A stretch of 64,000 bases of DNA from Octopus bimaculoides (taxonomy: Eukaryota): assembly GCF_001194135.2 (NCBI RefSeq), contig NC_068994.1:47909873-47973872 (forward strand). Reading direction: 5' to 3'. Both the position numbers and the translations under genes were made by a program. Shown piece by piece: positions 1 to 12,877 of this stretch (positions are counted from its first letter, which is position 1; every line of letters starts with the position of its first letter). The notes beneath the pieces are model-generated. The model saw only the letters and a list, made by a program, of their open reading frames with translations, ran no database searches and was not told the DNA's origin.

Positions 1-1160
1 GTAAGGAAATTTGATCTAGTGATCGACCAGTTCTACAGCTCGGTTTCCTTTTGTGTTTCATTATAATCTATAATGTGTATGTAAACATTGATGTGAAGAT
101 TATTCGAGAAGGTTATTTACTTTATATCACGTATTGTGAACAATCCTGTCCTTGGTTACAGGTTTCCAATGAGCCGATCATTGGTTCACTGCATTTCATT
201 TATGGCAGCAAGAGTGATGACAAAGGAGTGTCTGTAACTCTGTGTAGAACAAACACGACAAACGACTTCAGAGAAATACAAGCACCGTTTTTTCAGTTTC
301 CATGCCTTACTGATATACTCTGAGAAAAGTTATGTGCGTACACATACACGCATTCTTTTTATTCTTTTACTTGTTTCAGTCATTTGAGTGCGGCCATGCT
401 GGAGCACCACCTTTAGTCGAACAAATCAACCCCAGGACTTATTCTTTGTAAGCCTAGTACTTATTCTATCGGACTCTTTTGCCAAACCACTAAGTTACAG
501 GGACGTAAACATATCAGCATCGGTTGTCAAGCGATGGTCAGGGGGACATACACACACACACACAAATATATATATATATATATATACGACAAACTTCTGC
601 ACAGTTTCCAGCTACCAAAATTCTACTCAGAAGCCATTGGTCAATTCAAGGTTATAGTAAAAGACACTTGTCCAAGGCATTATGTAGCTGTGAAGCAAAA
701 TTCTCAACCACACATCTATGTCTGACTCTTCAGATTATGGACAAGTTGTCACTATTGCTTTTTGATTTAGACTTAAAGACATTATGACACATTGCTGCTT
801 TTAAAAATAGACATTATAACTGAATATCATATATCATCATCATCATCGTCATCGTTCATATTTTAACATCCACTTTTCCATATTTGCATAGCTCATTCAG
901 AATTTGCTGATGCAAATGTTTGTCTTTTAAGCTTGATGCCCCTTCTGTCACCAAACCTCACATGTTTCTAAGTAAGGTTATATTGCCTCTAGTCTTCTGA
1001 AACTAAACAGAAAAGTGATCAAGCATGTTTTGAAAGAAGATTGCAAATGAATGACATGACACCACTTTTATAACAGCGATGTTTATTAATAATTGTGCAA
1101 TGACAAGACATGGAGTCATAAATACACACACATGCGCACTCAAACAAATCAACCCCAGTA

Positions 1161-1368
1161 CAGTAATCTCTCAACTATCGCGGGTGTTATGTTCCAAAAC
1201 CCCCGCAATAGGTGAAAATCTATGGAGTAGAAACAGTACTGTACTGTATATTTTTATTTATTATTTTTATAATTTGTATATATTCATTTTATTATAAATG
1301 CAGAACAACACCACAGAGGAATCGACGTAAGCTTAAATAATAAACTGCAATATGGCAAGGGATTACCG
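1161..1368. mobile_element. pogo/Tigger-type MITE inserted at TA inside a SINE
   Basis: TA|CAGTAATCTCTC ... GCAAGGGATTACCG|TA terminal inverted repeats; SINE sequence resumes on both sides. Confidence 0.7.
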
Positions 1369-3413
1369 TACTTTTTTTGAAGCCTGGTACTTATTTTATC
1401 AATCTCTTTTGCTGAAATGTTAAGTTACAAGGACATAAACACACTAACATTGGTTGTCAAGTGGTGGTGGAGGACAATCACTGACACAAAGACACACGTA
1501 CATAGATATTTATAATGATATACATACAATGGGCTTCTTTCAGTTTCCATCTTCTGCATTGTACACACCAGATAGGTTTGAAACAGTTTTTTTTTAATGA
1601 TTTTATTTTTAATGCTGTGAATTTTTTTTTTATGCAAATCAAAACATGTATATTATTTCTAGACAATATGTGAATATAGAGATTATTAGTAAGAAAGAAA
1701 AAAAAAATGTTTTCTTTAATCAAACTTAGATTTAATGATCAATTAACTGGTTAACAGAAATATTTACTAGTTCATACTGTAATACAGTAATATTAACCGA
1801 AGACACATGGCTTAGTGGTTAGGGTATTCGGCTCACGACTGTAAGATCATGAGTTCAATTCCCGGCCATGTGTTGTGCCCTTGAGCAAGACTCTTTATTT
1901 CACATTGCTCCAGTCCACTCAGCTGGCAAAAATGAGTAATACCTGTATTTCAAAGGGCCAGCCTTATCACATTCTGTGCCATGCCAAACCTCCCTGAGAA
2001 CTACATTAAGGGTACACGTGTCTGTGGAATGCTCAGTCACTTACACGCTAATTTCATGAGCAGGCTACTCCATTGATCAGATCAACTGGAACCCTCATCA
2101 TCATAACTGACGCAGTGCCGGTTATTATATTAACCATTTAAAACACAGACGCAAGTCATTTTTTGTTTTCTGTTTTTCTTCTAGCTTTTATTTCTTTATA
2201 CTGTTAGTTGCGATCATGCTGTTCTGTCTGATTGGATGCAACCATGCTGGATATTGTATCAAATTATATTAATTTATCTTTCAAGTAATTTTGTTAAATA
2301 TGTACGTGTTTCATCATCCATTCCACTGCATGTGTTAAATCAGTTTTTGGTTAATTCTTGTGTACTGCTGGGCTGTTGGACATACTTTATTTTAACTTCA
2401 TTCTGCTTCACTACACAACACACAGTCTCCTCTCTCTCTCTCTCTTTCTTTCTCTCTTTCTCTCTCCCTCTCTCTTTCTCTCTCTCTCATTTTAATGAGC
2501 AAATCATAGTTATATAATGAATAGCATTGATGCTTAATATACCATGAAAAGAAGTTCTAAAAATTTGTCTCAGACCGACAGGCTCATGAGGTCAGAGCTT
2601 ATCTGGATTTTCAAGCTATTTATGTAAATGAATGTACAAGACTCCCTCCTGAACGAGGCACCAGTCCAGTCCAGTCCATTGCAGTGTTAGCTCTCTTTCC
2701 CACTCCTCTGGCCAGCTGCTGCTGTTGTTTTCAGTTGAATGACTGGGAACAACATGAAATGTAATGCCTTATTTAATGACACAACATGCCACCTAGTCCA
2801 AGAATTGAACTCGTGACCTAACAATCTCTAAGTTACATGCTTTGACTTCATTCACTATACTTTTGAGATATTGAAAATGTAACAGTGTGTTAGACCCTCA
2901 ATTAAAATGGTGAATATTACTCTAACATTATCCAACTGTCTTAGTTTTCAATGCATGGTCTCCAATCAAATAATTTTGCTAGCAAAAAGAAATATATATA
3001 TATATATATATATATATATTTCATTGTAAACAATTAGAGCTTTCTCTCTTCCCCATTCGAAAAACAAAAATGACAGAAATTTTGCTAGACAATTACCACA
3101 AGTTAATGACTTTCTAGTAATTTTACTTTAAAAATACTTTCGTGATTGAATTCCTAACGAGCTGACTTGTCTTATTGGGGTGAGAAAGTAATTTTATTTA
3201 CTGAATATTAAAATAACCTATTTTTCCAAATGTTGTTTTGTTGCTTAAAAGTAATGAACGTATAAATTCTAAAATAAACTGAATCTGTATAACTTAAATT
3301 TTGCAATTAAAATATTAATCCCATGTCTATAAAGGAAAATATTTAAACCCCTTTGTTATGAACCCTCGGAGACTGCACCTGATTCATTGGTAACAAATTC
3401 CTTGTTTTAAATG

Positions 3414-3705
3414 AGGGATTCTCAAGCATTTTTCGTCTATGGACCCCCATAACCATTCAATGTTTAAAAACTAGTTTTATAGATATTTCTTCCAAAATTC
3501 CTATTTTGTTTTTCACACATTAACTTGTGTAGGTTAAACAATGTAAAATGTTAGAGAAAGAAATCTGTTTCTTGCAATACATACCAATACATTTATTTAA
3601 AGCAAAATTTTTTCAGGGGCCCTCAAAAAACTATTTTGGGTCCACAATTTATTATTTTGTTGCGTGGATCCCCAAAAAATTTATATGGACCCCGGCTGAG
3701 AACCA
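3414..3705. mobile_element. hAT/Charlie-like non-autonomous element
   Basis: Ends gggattctcaa ... ctgagaacca with internal ggacccc/gggtcc motifs typical of Charlie-type MITEs; degenerate. Confidence 0.45.
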
Positions 3706-3816
3706 GTTTTAAACCTTTCAGCATTCTAATTAATGTCAAGTATAAAGCTTATTTATTCACATTGTTAATTATTCCATGCATTATTCCTGTAGCTGTGAGA
3801 TTTCAATGATGTGATT

Positions 3817-4222
3817 CTCTTTATTCTCTCTTTTACTCTTTTACTTGTTTCAGTCATTTGACTGTGGCCATGCTGGAGCACCACCTTTAGTCGAGCAAAT
3901 CGACCCCAGGGCCTATTCTTTGTAAGCCTAGTACTTATTCTATCGGCCTCTTTTGCCGAACTGCTAAGTTATGGGGACGTAAACACACCAGCATCGGTTG
4001 TCAAGCGATGTTGGGGGGACAAACACACACACACACACATATATATATACATACACGACGGGCTTCTTTCAGTTTCCTTCTACCAAATCCACTCACAAGG
4101 CTTTGGTCAACCCGATGCTATATTAGAAGACGCCCAAAGTGCATCGCAGTGGGACTGAACCCGGAACCATGTGGTTGGTAAGCAAGCTACTTAAGCTACT
4201 TACCACACAGCCACTCCTGCAC
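3817..4222 (-). mobile_element. Full-length tRNA-derived SINE (family A: tRNA-like head, central (CA)/(TA)n, ...gactgaaacaagtaaaaga tail)
   Basis: Minus-strand head gcaggagtggctgtgtggtaag..ggttccgggttcagtccc (A/B-box-like). Other copies ~355-710(-), 17965-18305(+), 21250-21720(+), 39590-39795(-), 50295-50690(-), 58525-58675(+). Confidence 0.85.
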
Positions 4223-4802
4223 CTATTATTGTTAATTATTCCATGCATTATCCTATAGCTGTGAGATTTCAATGATGTGATTGTATATTTTTAGAATGAC
4301 ATTGCAAGGTAGGTGTGAGAAGGCTGGATCTGGCCAATTTGAACACAAAATACATAGAATATATGGTTCAGATATGATCAGTTTAAACACTGAAGGTTTA
4401 AAGTGATCTAAATTAAAACTTACCATCAAAATTTTGTGTTAAGTTTTGTACTAAGTACCAGCTTAATATTGTTAAACCTTTAGGATTTAAGCCAGCCAGA
4501 TCTGGCTTCTTGCACCTACCCTACAATGTCATTCTAAAAACAAACAACCACATCATCATAACCTTGAAGCTATGAGATAACGCATGATTAAAATAAAACA
4601 ATGTGAATCAGTAAACATTACATTTGAGAGAGAAGTCTGAATGCTTAAGGGTTAAAGTTATTTTACTAAATTCTTTATTATTTTCGAAATTAATTGAATC
4701 AAAGACAGCATATTTCAACAGAAATATGGTAACAAAAGGGTTAAATATTTACATCTCTACATCTTTTGATTGATTTGATCTTCAGTTTCTTAAAAGATGA
4801 GG

Positions 4803-5012
4803 TTAACCCTTCGGCATTTAGATTATTCTCTCAAATGTACTGCTTATTTATTCAGATGAATTGTCTTGGAACTACAAGATTTTGATAGGATTGTTTTATT
4901 TTGAGAATATCATTGTAGGATAGGAGTGAGAGGCCAGATCTGTCCAACTTGAATGTAAAGCAGACAGAATATTTTTTGGCCTGATATGGCTGCTTTAAAT
5001 GCTAAAGTGTTA
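4803..5012. mobile_element. Second TTAA-flanked MITE family (ttaaccctttagcatt...aatgctaaagggttaa)
   Basis: TIR-like ends plus a shared internal body. Other copies ~3710-4400 (split by a SINE), 4472-4655, 15030-15248, 35478-35936 (two in tandem), 49567-50243 (split). Confidence 0.7.
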
Positions 5013-5965
5013 ATAGTCCTCAATTTTTTTTTTTTTTAAATCTTGTTAACAACAACTCGTGTATTGTAAAAGATGATAGTTGCCGGTAACAGAAAAGAAA
5101 GTGTCTTGGGTTGGTTGATGACGAGATGGTAATTGTATTTAAAGGTAGAACCACCAAGGAAAGCTTAAGTAGTACTTAGATTGGATTTAAAGATATTGGA
5201 CCTCATAGGTGGTGGAATATTGGGCTACAATGCATAGGTGGTTACTTATATTGCAATCTCTATCACTCTGCAGCACTCCTGCTTAAAGAAATAATGATAA
5301 TGATGACGAAGTCAATGGCAACGGCCACAATTGTATTGATTATTATACAAAGAAACCTGAGAAAAAAAATAATAATAAAAAATCTGTTGGTAGTCATGGT
5401 TATTGGTGTTGTTACTTTTGTTTAACACCAGGTCAGTCTGGAAATGGGTAAAAAGTATGATCAAAAGTATTCTTGCTGTGATTATACTTATTTTTTCTTT
5501 TTCTTTTTTTTTTTTGCATAATATACCTAAGGCTGCAAAAGTCATTGTATCCTTCATAGTAAGCCAAGGGTGTTATTTGAGTGGGTTTTTCACTGCTATT
5601 TCTAAAAGGTCAAGTGACTGCATAGAAATTCTCTTGTTGGCTTGTGTATGTATACTGTTGGTTTGTGTATTAGATGTTGTTGATCCAGCAAGCCAATCTG
5701 TGATCAATGGTTTTCTAGCTGTGAGCATCACATCTTTCTATGTAGGCACAAAGTATCTAGGACTACATCTTCTCCCGTCTCATTACTTTTTGAAAAACAG
5801 TAAGATGTGATTTAATGAAGATTTGATTGCTATTTTCATTAGGTTGAGTGACTGTAGAGGTTTGTTGGTGACATAAACAATGATGATGATGACAATGATG
5901 ATTGTCAACCACAGCAGTTTTTTTTCTTTTTTTCTCTCTTCACCTCCGTCCCCATTTCTTTTCAG

Positions 5966-6016
5966 GTGCAAATTTCATTTATTCTATGAATTTGATCTGC
6001 CAATATGACACATTTG
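5966..6016 (+). CDS. Weak candidate exon (51 bp, phase 1-1): xANFIYSMNLICQYDTF
   Basis: Very strong polypyrimidine acceptor (ttttctctcttcacctccgtccccatttcttttcAG); moderate donor TTG|GTAGTT; not directly phase-compatible with 9514. Confidence 0.3.
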
Positions 6017-8723
6017 GTAGTTGGTGCATTGATTTTTTTTACTGATTGGGCATGAGGCTAACTTTGGCAAGGGATGAACAGATAAGCCAGCCCCGGTTAT
6101 ACTGCTATTACCAAGGGAGAAAAGAGACAGTCAATCTTGGTGGGATTTTGAACTCTGAATATAGAGACAGGAGATTAAATACTGCTAGTGATTAAGTCTT
6201 GCGCTACATTTTTGTTGTGACGCTATTAGCTGTAGGTTAAGAGTAAGCAAGAGAGACAAACAGACAGAGAAAATCAGATTAAGATACAAAAAAAATTTGC
6301 TTTCGTTTGTTTAGGTATGAAGTCAGCATTCTGTAGTATGAAAGGAACAATTAATTCAACCCCAAAGTATATTGCAAGTACTTTCTTTTATTGAGCCTGG
6401 AGGGGTCTAATAAAATTCTTTTATTGAGCCTGGAGGGGTGTAATAAAATGCTAAGGTTTGGTTGGACTTAAAATGAGACTAAGCACTGCAAAGCCTTTAG
6501 AATTGTACACTATAACTGCTAGCTTGTTACCCTTTGGAAAAGGGAACATATTAGTCTTAATTAACCATGTTCTGAAATCTCCTCCCCACCTAAGAATGCC
6601 CCCTGGTTCTCGTATTTTAAAAGGATTCAAATTTAAATTAAAAAACTTTTCATTGTAATTTTACATTAGAAATATTTTAAGTTATATTCCAAACACTAAT
6701 GATTTCTTATTCAGACACAAGGTCTCAAATTTGGGAAAAAGGAACTGTTAATTATAGAAATCCCAGTACTTAACTGGTACTTTATTTTATCAACCCAGAA
6801 ATAGGAAAGGCAAAGTTGATGTCAGCAAGATTTGATCTTTGAACATAAAGAACCAAAACAGACACTGCGTGGCACTTTGTTAAAAAAATTACCAACTTAA
6901 CAATAAAAAGTTATTTTACTAAACCTCTTCAAATTCTTAATTATTTTCTAAATTAATCAAAACACTAAGATGGTGTATTTCTTTAAAAATATTACCACAA
7001 AAGGATTAATGGTTTAAGAGTAATAAGTGGAAAATAGAATTGGTACAATGGTAGTCAAAACACCTTTGTAGTATATTTAATTTTAACATTTTAATTATCA
7101 AATCCTACCACAGTCAGATTTTGTCTTTCATCCCCATGTAAGTTCAATGAAATACTAGTTGGCTGTTAGTTGAATTAACTATACAGTTCTCCCTCAAAAT
7201 GCTTGACCTTGTGCCAATATAGAAATAAAGAAATCACTACTAATAAGTCAGCTGTAACATTGGTTTTTTCACACTTTGAGCCTTTTATGTTTCTTTGTGA
7301 ATTATGATTTACATGGTATAATCTGCATTTGCCTTTAGGTGTCCTATTTCTAAATATATACATAGGCCTCATGAAATGCAGTCCTCACGATCAAGACATG
7401 TCGAAGGATGCAGTATTTCAGATGTGTCCAACCCATACCAGCACAACTCCGATAAACCGTATGTAAAGCCAATGATGAAATCTGAAGTTTTTAGTTCAGT
7501 TATTCCCCCTTAGCTATGGTCCCACGTATCTAAAAAAATAAAAGTTAAATGTAAGGTTGTGAGGTTAACACTATGTAAATAGCTCTAAAACCTTGAGTAT
7601 ATGTGGGTGGTGGGGGTGTCTCCTAAGACCTAGCATGGCAGGTCTTAGGACATGAAGCAAATGAGATAAAAGTTTTTGCCTGGATAGTGATCCAGTCTAT
7701 TGTCGATAACATTTCTATATGATCCTTGTATTTATTGTTGGCAGCTTGCAATGGTGTAGAGTAAAATGTTCTGCTCAGAAACATCAAAACGCTAGCATTG
7801 AATTTGAAACTAATTTCTGTTCAGACAGTTCAATGCCTTGTTCTTTCGAGTACTCTACTTCTACAAAGTTTTGCCTGTGTTACAATAACTATATACATGC
7901 CTGTATACAGACACACAGTGGAAGCTAGATGGTCAAATAGTTAAGTTATTATTAGACTATTTGCACATAGCATGCAAGCTGATCTGTTGCAAACATTTTG
8001 TTAGGGTGTCTGGGCACTTTATTCTATATTGCATCAGTTCACTCAGCTGTAAGGGTGGAGGTAGTTAGATTATACAGGAATGTTACCTGCTATCAACTGC
8101 TGTCCTATAAAAAGATAAAGGATGAAGATCCTTCCATCTGCTCCGCTGCTTCACACAATGAAACCGGAGCCAAGTATCCCCCCCCCCCCCGGAACTCTCC
8201 TAAACTTAACAGGTCTTTTACATTGTATGTTGTATTACATCATAGCATGGTCAAATGGTTAAGGTGTTCATTTTGCAATCACAAGGTTCCAGGTTCGATC
8301 CTATTGTTTAGAATCTTGGAAAAGCATTGGTGACCATTGCCTCAGATTGACCCATCCTTTGTGTGTGAAATTGGGGGTTGGAGGGGGCAGAAACAGTTTA
8401 GACGCCCATCGGGTGGATTATACCTGTAATTCAAAGGTCCTGTTCTTGTCATACACACCGTCATGTTCATTCTACCTGAAGATTACATTAAGAATACAGA
8501 TGTTCTAAATACTCAGCCACTTATGCATAAATAGAGTTAGTAGGTAAATTAACTGAACCACTGAATAGTCATCGTCAAAAGCAACTACATGCTCCAGCAT
8601 GGTCTTAGCTGTGTTAGTGTAACAAGCTTACAGCATACACACATACACATACAAAACACACATACAAGCATGCACATTATGATATATACTAATATATATG
8701 CATTAATCTTGCATCAGTCAAAT

Positions 8724-9485
8724 GGCCACAGTAGGATTTGAACCCCCAAAAATAAGGAGTTGGAACAAATATTTACAAGGCATCCAATGCAGCATTCTTA
8801 TAGTTCTGCCATTCTACTGTCCTTGAATGGCACCTTTTTTTTCTATTGACCCTTGCTTGAAAGGATGAAAGAAAGGCAAAATGAACCTGACTGCGGTCTA
8901 AACTAAAGAATGCAGAGAAAAGAAAAAAGTATTGCAAAGCATTCTATCCGATGTGCTCATATAAAGTAGTGGAGATTTGTTCATATAAATTAGAGAAGCT
9001 CTATTCATACAAAGTAGAAGGAATCTGTTGATAAAGAGTAGATATGTATTCATATAAAGCAGAGTTCTATTGGTATAGATTAGAGGAGATGTATTCACAT
9101 GCAGTAGAGGAATTGAATGCATGTAAAGTAGAAGAGGAGTGTTCATATAAAGTTGAAGAAATGTATTGATATAGAGTAGAGTAGAGGAGATGTAATTCAT
9201 ATAAAGTAGAGGTGTGTATCTGTATAAAGTAGTGGAGATGTATTCATATAAATGAAGTGTCAAATTGCCAGTGTTATTAAAGCATCGGATAGAATGCTTT
9301 GCAATACATTTTTCTTTTCTCTGCATTCTTTAGTTTAGACCACAGTCAGGTTCATTTTGCCTTTCATCCTTTCAAGCAAGGGCCAATAGAAAAAAAAAGT
9401 GCCATTCAAGGACAGTAGAATGGCAGAACTATAAGAATGCTGCATTGGATGCCATGTAATATTTGTTCCAAATCCTACTGTGGCC
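8724..9485. repeat. Long inverted repeat (arms ~8724/8761-8953 and 9283-9485) around a minisatellite spacer
   Basis: Arms are reverse complements with only a few substitutions; the left arm carries an extra ~21 nt (8740-8760). Confidence 0.95.
8958..9255 (+). repeat. Degenerate ~24-bp minisatellite (atataaagtagaggagatgtattc), about 12 units
   Basis: Recurrent ATATAAAGTAG..GGAGATGTATTC units. Confidence 0.85.
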
Positions 9486-9513
9486 TTTTGATTGATAACC
9501 TTAACCCTGTCAG

Positions 9514-9576
9514 ACCGTATTCCTGCTATATCGAGAATAGGTTAAATGGCATCTTTGCCAGCTCCCCAGTAAAGCG
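9514..9576 (+). CDS. Candidate internal coding exon (63 bp, phase 2-2): xPYSCYIENRLNGIFASSPVKR
   Basis: Acceptor ccttaaccctgtcAG with CTTAAC branch-like motif; donor GCG|GTAATG; open frame; joins in frame to 12767 (CG|G = Arg). Confidence 0.6.
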
Positions 9577-10489
9577 GTAATGGATGACACATGTAGAAAA
9601 AGATACAGCCAATTCTGTCCATTAATTTGCCTGCAACCGTTACGCCGGAGCTGTATATGCAACTATTATTTTTTTTCTCAGGAACCAAGTAGAGGGTAAA
9701 GTTAGACACAGAGGGCCAGGGTTGATAAGCTCAATATATCAGTATGACATCATAACATGATACTTTGGATGGTTTTTGCAGCGATCATTTTGGAGCAAGC
9801 ATTTGAGGTAGATTTAAGGATAACATTCTCCCATCAGCCTGAAAGGGTCTTGGTCATGGGGCACTGCCTTCTCTCCTGACCAAAAGATAAAAAAAGAAGT
9901 GCATCTTGTCTAAGGTTTGACTCTTTAGTATTCATGATGCTGATGTTATCAGATGTGTTGATGTGTACATATATTGTAGTCATGAATCTTGTCTAAGACT
10001 TAATCCTTTAGTATTCATGATACTAATGGAATTATTTGCGTTGATGTATTCATATGAAGTAGAGAGGTGTGTCTTTAAGTAACATTTAATTCTTTGATTC
10101 TTGTAATTCTTAATAATGGTGTTTACATATAGTGTGTCTTGTTCAACCATCTATTTAATTATTCCTGATAACTAATGATGTCACCAAGGGTCAGGTTAAT
10201 TTATAGCAAGTAAATGAATTTAGCTGGTTTAAATACTAAAACAGTTAATTAATGTGAATGAGAAGAATTTGTGCCAGAACAAACAGTTACACAGACAATA
10301 AATATCAAAGTGTCTTTCATCATACATTTATAACCCAGTCGCAACTGACTTCCAAGAGACAAAATAGAATAGTGTAAATCAGGTTCTAAATGTCTGACAA
10401 AAGACTTTGATGATACTTTTATAGTATATAATACTATAAATGCGAATATCACAATATCGTTAGCAGCAGCAGCATCCTCATCATTATCA

Positions 10490-10835
10490 TCATTGTTTTA
10501 ATGTCCACTTTTCCACATTTGCATGGGTCAGACGGAACTTGTTGAGGCAGGTCTTCCTGTTGCCAACCCTCACCTGTTTCCAAGCGAGGTAATACTTCCC
10601 ATGGCCAGATGTTTTCCATGGAAGACTGAAAATAAACAATACCACTTGTATGGCAGTGATGTTGATGTACAACTATCAAGTGATGTCAGGATAAGGGCAC
10701 TCACACCCTGGCTTATTCCAGTTTCTGTCTACCAAATCAATTGACAAGGCATTGAGCTATAGTAGAAGGCACAGTAAGATTGAACCCAAGACCGCATAGT
10801 TGGGAAGCAAGCTTCTAAACCACATGGCCACACTT
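10490..10835 (-). mobile_element. SINE-like element with RTE-type 3' tail ending in (GAT)n
   Basis: Plus strand reads (cat)n..tttaatgtccacttttccacatttgcatgggtcagacgg. Related copies ~850-1000, 13540-13760, 17250-17515(+), 26285-26700, 29390-29515, 58975-59115(+). Confidence 0.7.
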
Positions 10836-12766
10836 GTATGTTATGTTATAAATGTTTAACATGACTCAGACAATGATGCAAATCATATAATACAGTGTGT
10901 AGAAGCATTATGGCATTTCATATGTTAACAGAATGGACTCATCAAAATCCTATATTAACTAGAATTTTGTTCACCTTTCAGTGACAGCAACTAGTTATTA
11001 TGGTGTTATTGGTAAGGTGACAGGCTAGAATAATCATTAGCATGCTAGGTAAAATGCTTAGCAGTATTTCTTCTGTCTTTACGTTCTAAGTTCAAATTCC
11101 GTGGAGGTCAACCTTGCCTTTCATCCTTTCAGGGTCAATAAATTAAGTACCAGTGAAACACTGGGGTCGATGTAATTGACTAGTCCTCTCCCCACAAATT
11201 TCAGGCCTTGTGCCTTTAGTAGAAAGGATTATGGTGTTATTGGAAGATAGAATTATTCCAATGATGCTGAATGAAGGATTGAATATAAAAGCATTTTGTC
11301 TGATGTTCTGATAATTCTACCAATCCACCGCAGTTGATAATAATTCTTTCTATTATAGGCACAAGGTTTGAAATTTTGGGGAGGGGGTTAGTCAATCACA
11401 TTGACCCCCAGTGCTCAACTGTTACTTATTCTTTTGACCTCAAAAGGGTGAAGAGTTAAGTTGATCATGGTAGGGTTTGAACTCTGGTCATACATAAATG
11501 CTGCTAAGTATTTTGTCCAGCATGCTAATGACTCTGCCAGCTGCCTTACCTCTGTTTATAATGATGATGATGATGATATTTGGGATAGAAACAAATTCAC
11601 AAATAGTGAGAGAGAGGGTTGTGGTCAATAAGATTGAGTTGAGTCTTTCATTGGTACTTATTTTATCAAGGGAAATAGAATGAAAAATCAAGTCAACTTG
11701 AGTAAGATTTGAACTCAGAACATAACAAGATGTTAATAATTGTAATTTATTGAAAGAAAAAAAAATATTCTGTCCAAAATTTCGTTGTGTTGATTTGGAA
11801 TATTGTTTCTACCAAAAGTGGGATATAGCATCATGTATATAATGTACTGTAATTATAAAGGTGATGAACTGGTAGAATCGTTAGCACACCAGGCAAGATG
11901 CTTAGCAGTATTTCATCTCTCTTTATGTTCTAGGTTCAAACACCACTGAGCTCAACTTTGCCTTTCACCCTTTGGGGAGGGGTTGATAAGATAAGCACCA
12001 GTTGAGCACCGGGATCAATGTAATCAACTTATCCCTTCTCCTGAAATTGCCAACACAAATATTATAGTACACATGTTTGTAGCCTAGTGGATAAAGATGT
12101 TTTTTATTCTTAGTTTAGAAACAAAGGTCCCTAGTTCAAATCCACTCTGGTACTATATATATATCTTGGAAAATAAGACACTTAATGATAAAAAATTGTA
12201 TTTTATATTTTTACCTTAAATTGCATAAACAAATTTTTTCTTTTTCTTTTGAAGTAGTGGATCTTGAAGCACATAAGGCTATAAATAATATCATGTAAAT
12301 ATTGGGATGAAAAACACTTTTGGATAGAGGAAGTGAAAGGTTTCCTGTGATAGAACACCTGTCATGTCTACAAGTGATGTGGATTCATGACCCATGGGCA
12401 GCCTTCAAATTTTTCTGTCCAAAGGGTTTTTCAACCCCATATTTACATGCTATAAGACAGCAAGATGGCAAAATCATTAGCTCACTGGGCAAAGTGCTCA
12501 GCAACATGTTATCTGTCTTTACATTCTGAGTTCAAATTTTGCCAAGGTTGGCTTTTTGCTTTTCAATAAGTACCAGTTGAGCGCTGGGGTCAATGTAATC
12601 AACTTGCTCCCACCCTCAAAATTGCTAGCCTTGTGTCAAAATTTGAAAACAATATGTTTAAGTGTACTTCAAGAATTATCTATTTTTCTTTCAAAAGTTT
12701 TAAAAAATTCTTATTCCGTCACCATTTAAAAAAAATTTTATCTCTGAATAATTCTTTCAATTTCAG

Positions 12767-12877
12767 GTGTTGTTTTGAGAAATCTGTAAAACTGAAGTTG
12801 GAGGGCGTAAACTTCGCACCAAACGGTATGCCTGTGCAACCCATACCGGCTCCCTTGGACAGGGAGCATGGGATTGC
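12767..12877 (+). CDS. Candidate internal coding exon (111 bp, phase 2-2): CCFEKSVKLKLEGVNFAPNGMPVQPIPAPLDREHGIA
   Basis: Acceptor attctttcaatttcAG; donor TGC|GTAAGT; only one open frame; GC-richer than flanks; product not recognised. Confidence 0.7.

Noticed and set aside
1-323. GTAAGG donor at base 1 and an acceptor at 161 with ORF VSNEPIIGSLHF...
   Set aside because: Upstream context is missing and no clear donor follows; cannot be supported.
1805-1870. tRNA-like sequences (also 15496, 25930-26008, 4150-4222)
   Set aside because: SINE heads: no complete cloverleaf, and they continue into SINE bodies.
5403-5810. 135-aa hydrophobic ORF
   Set aside because: Runs through poly-T and a repeat relic; no splice or domain support.
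6380-6450. 35-bp tandem duplication; also the ~58-bp similarity between 13834-13890 and 18903-18958
   Set aside because: Only two units and no spacers, so not CRISPR-like; ordinary slippage or an old repeat.
8087-8104. 18-nt minus-strand micro-exon-like signal pair
   Set aside because: Such pairs arise by chance in AT-rich introns; no partner exons nearby.
8898-9326. 142-aa repetitive ORF (LLYMN repeats)
   Set aside because: By-product of the 24-bp minisatellite and inverted-repeat arms.
12860-12870. LDRE cadherin/protocadherin motif
   Set aside because: The surrounding residues and small-exon structure do not fit a cadherin repeat.
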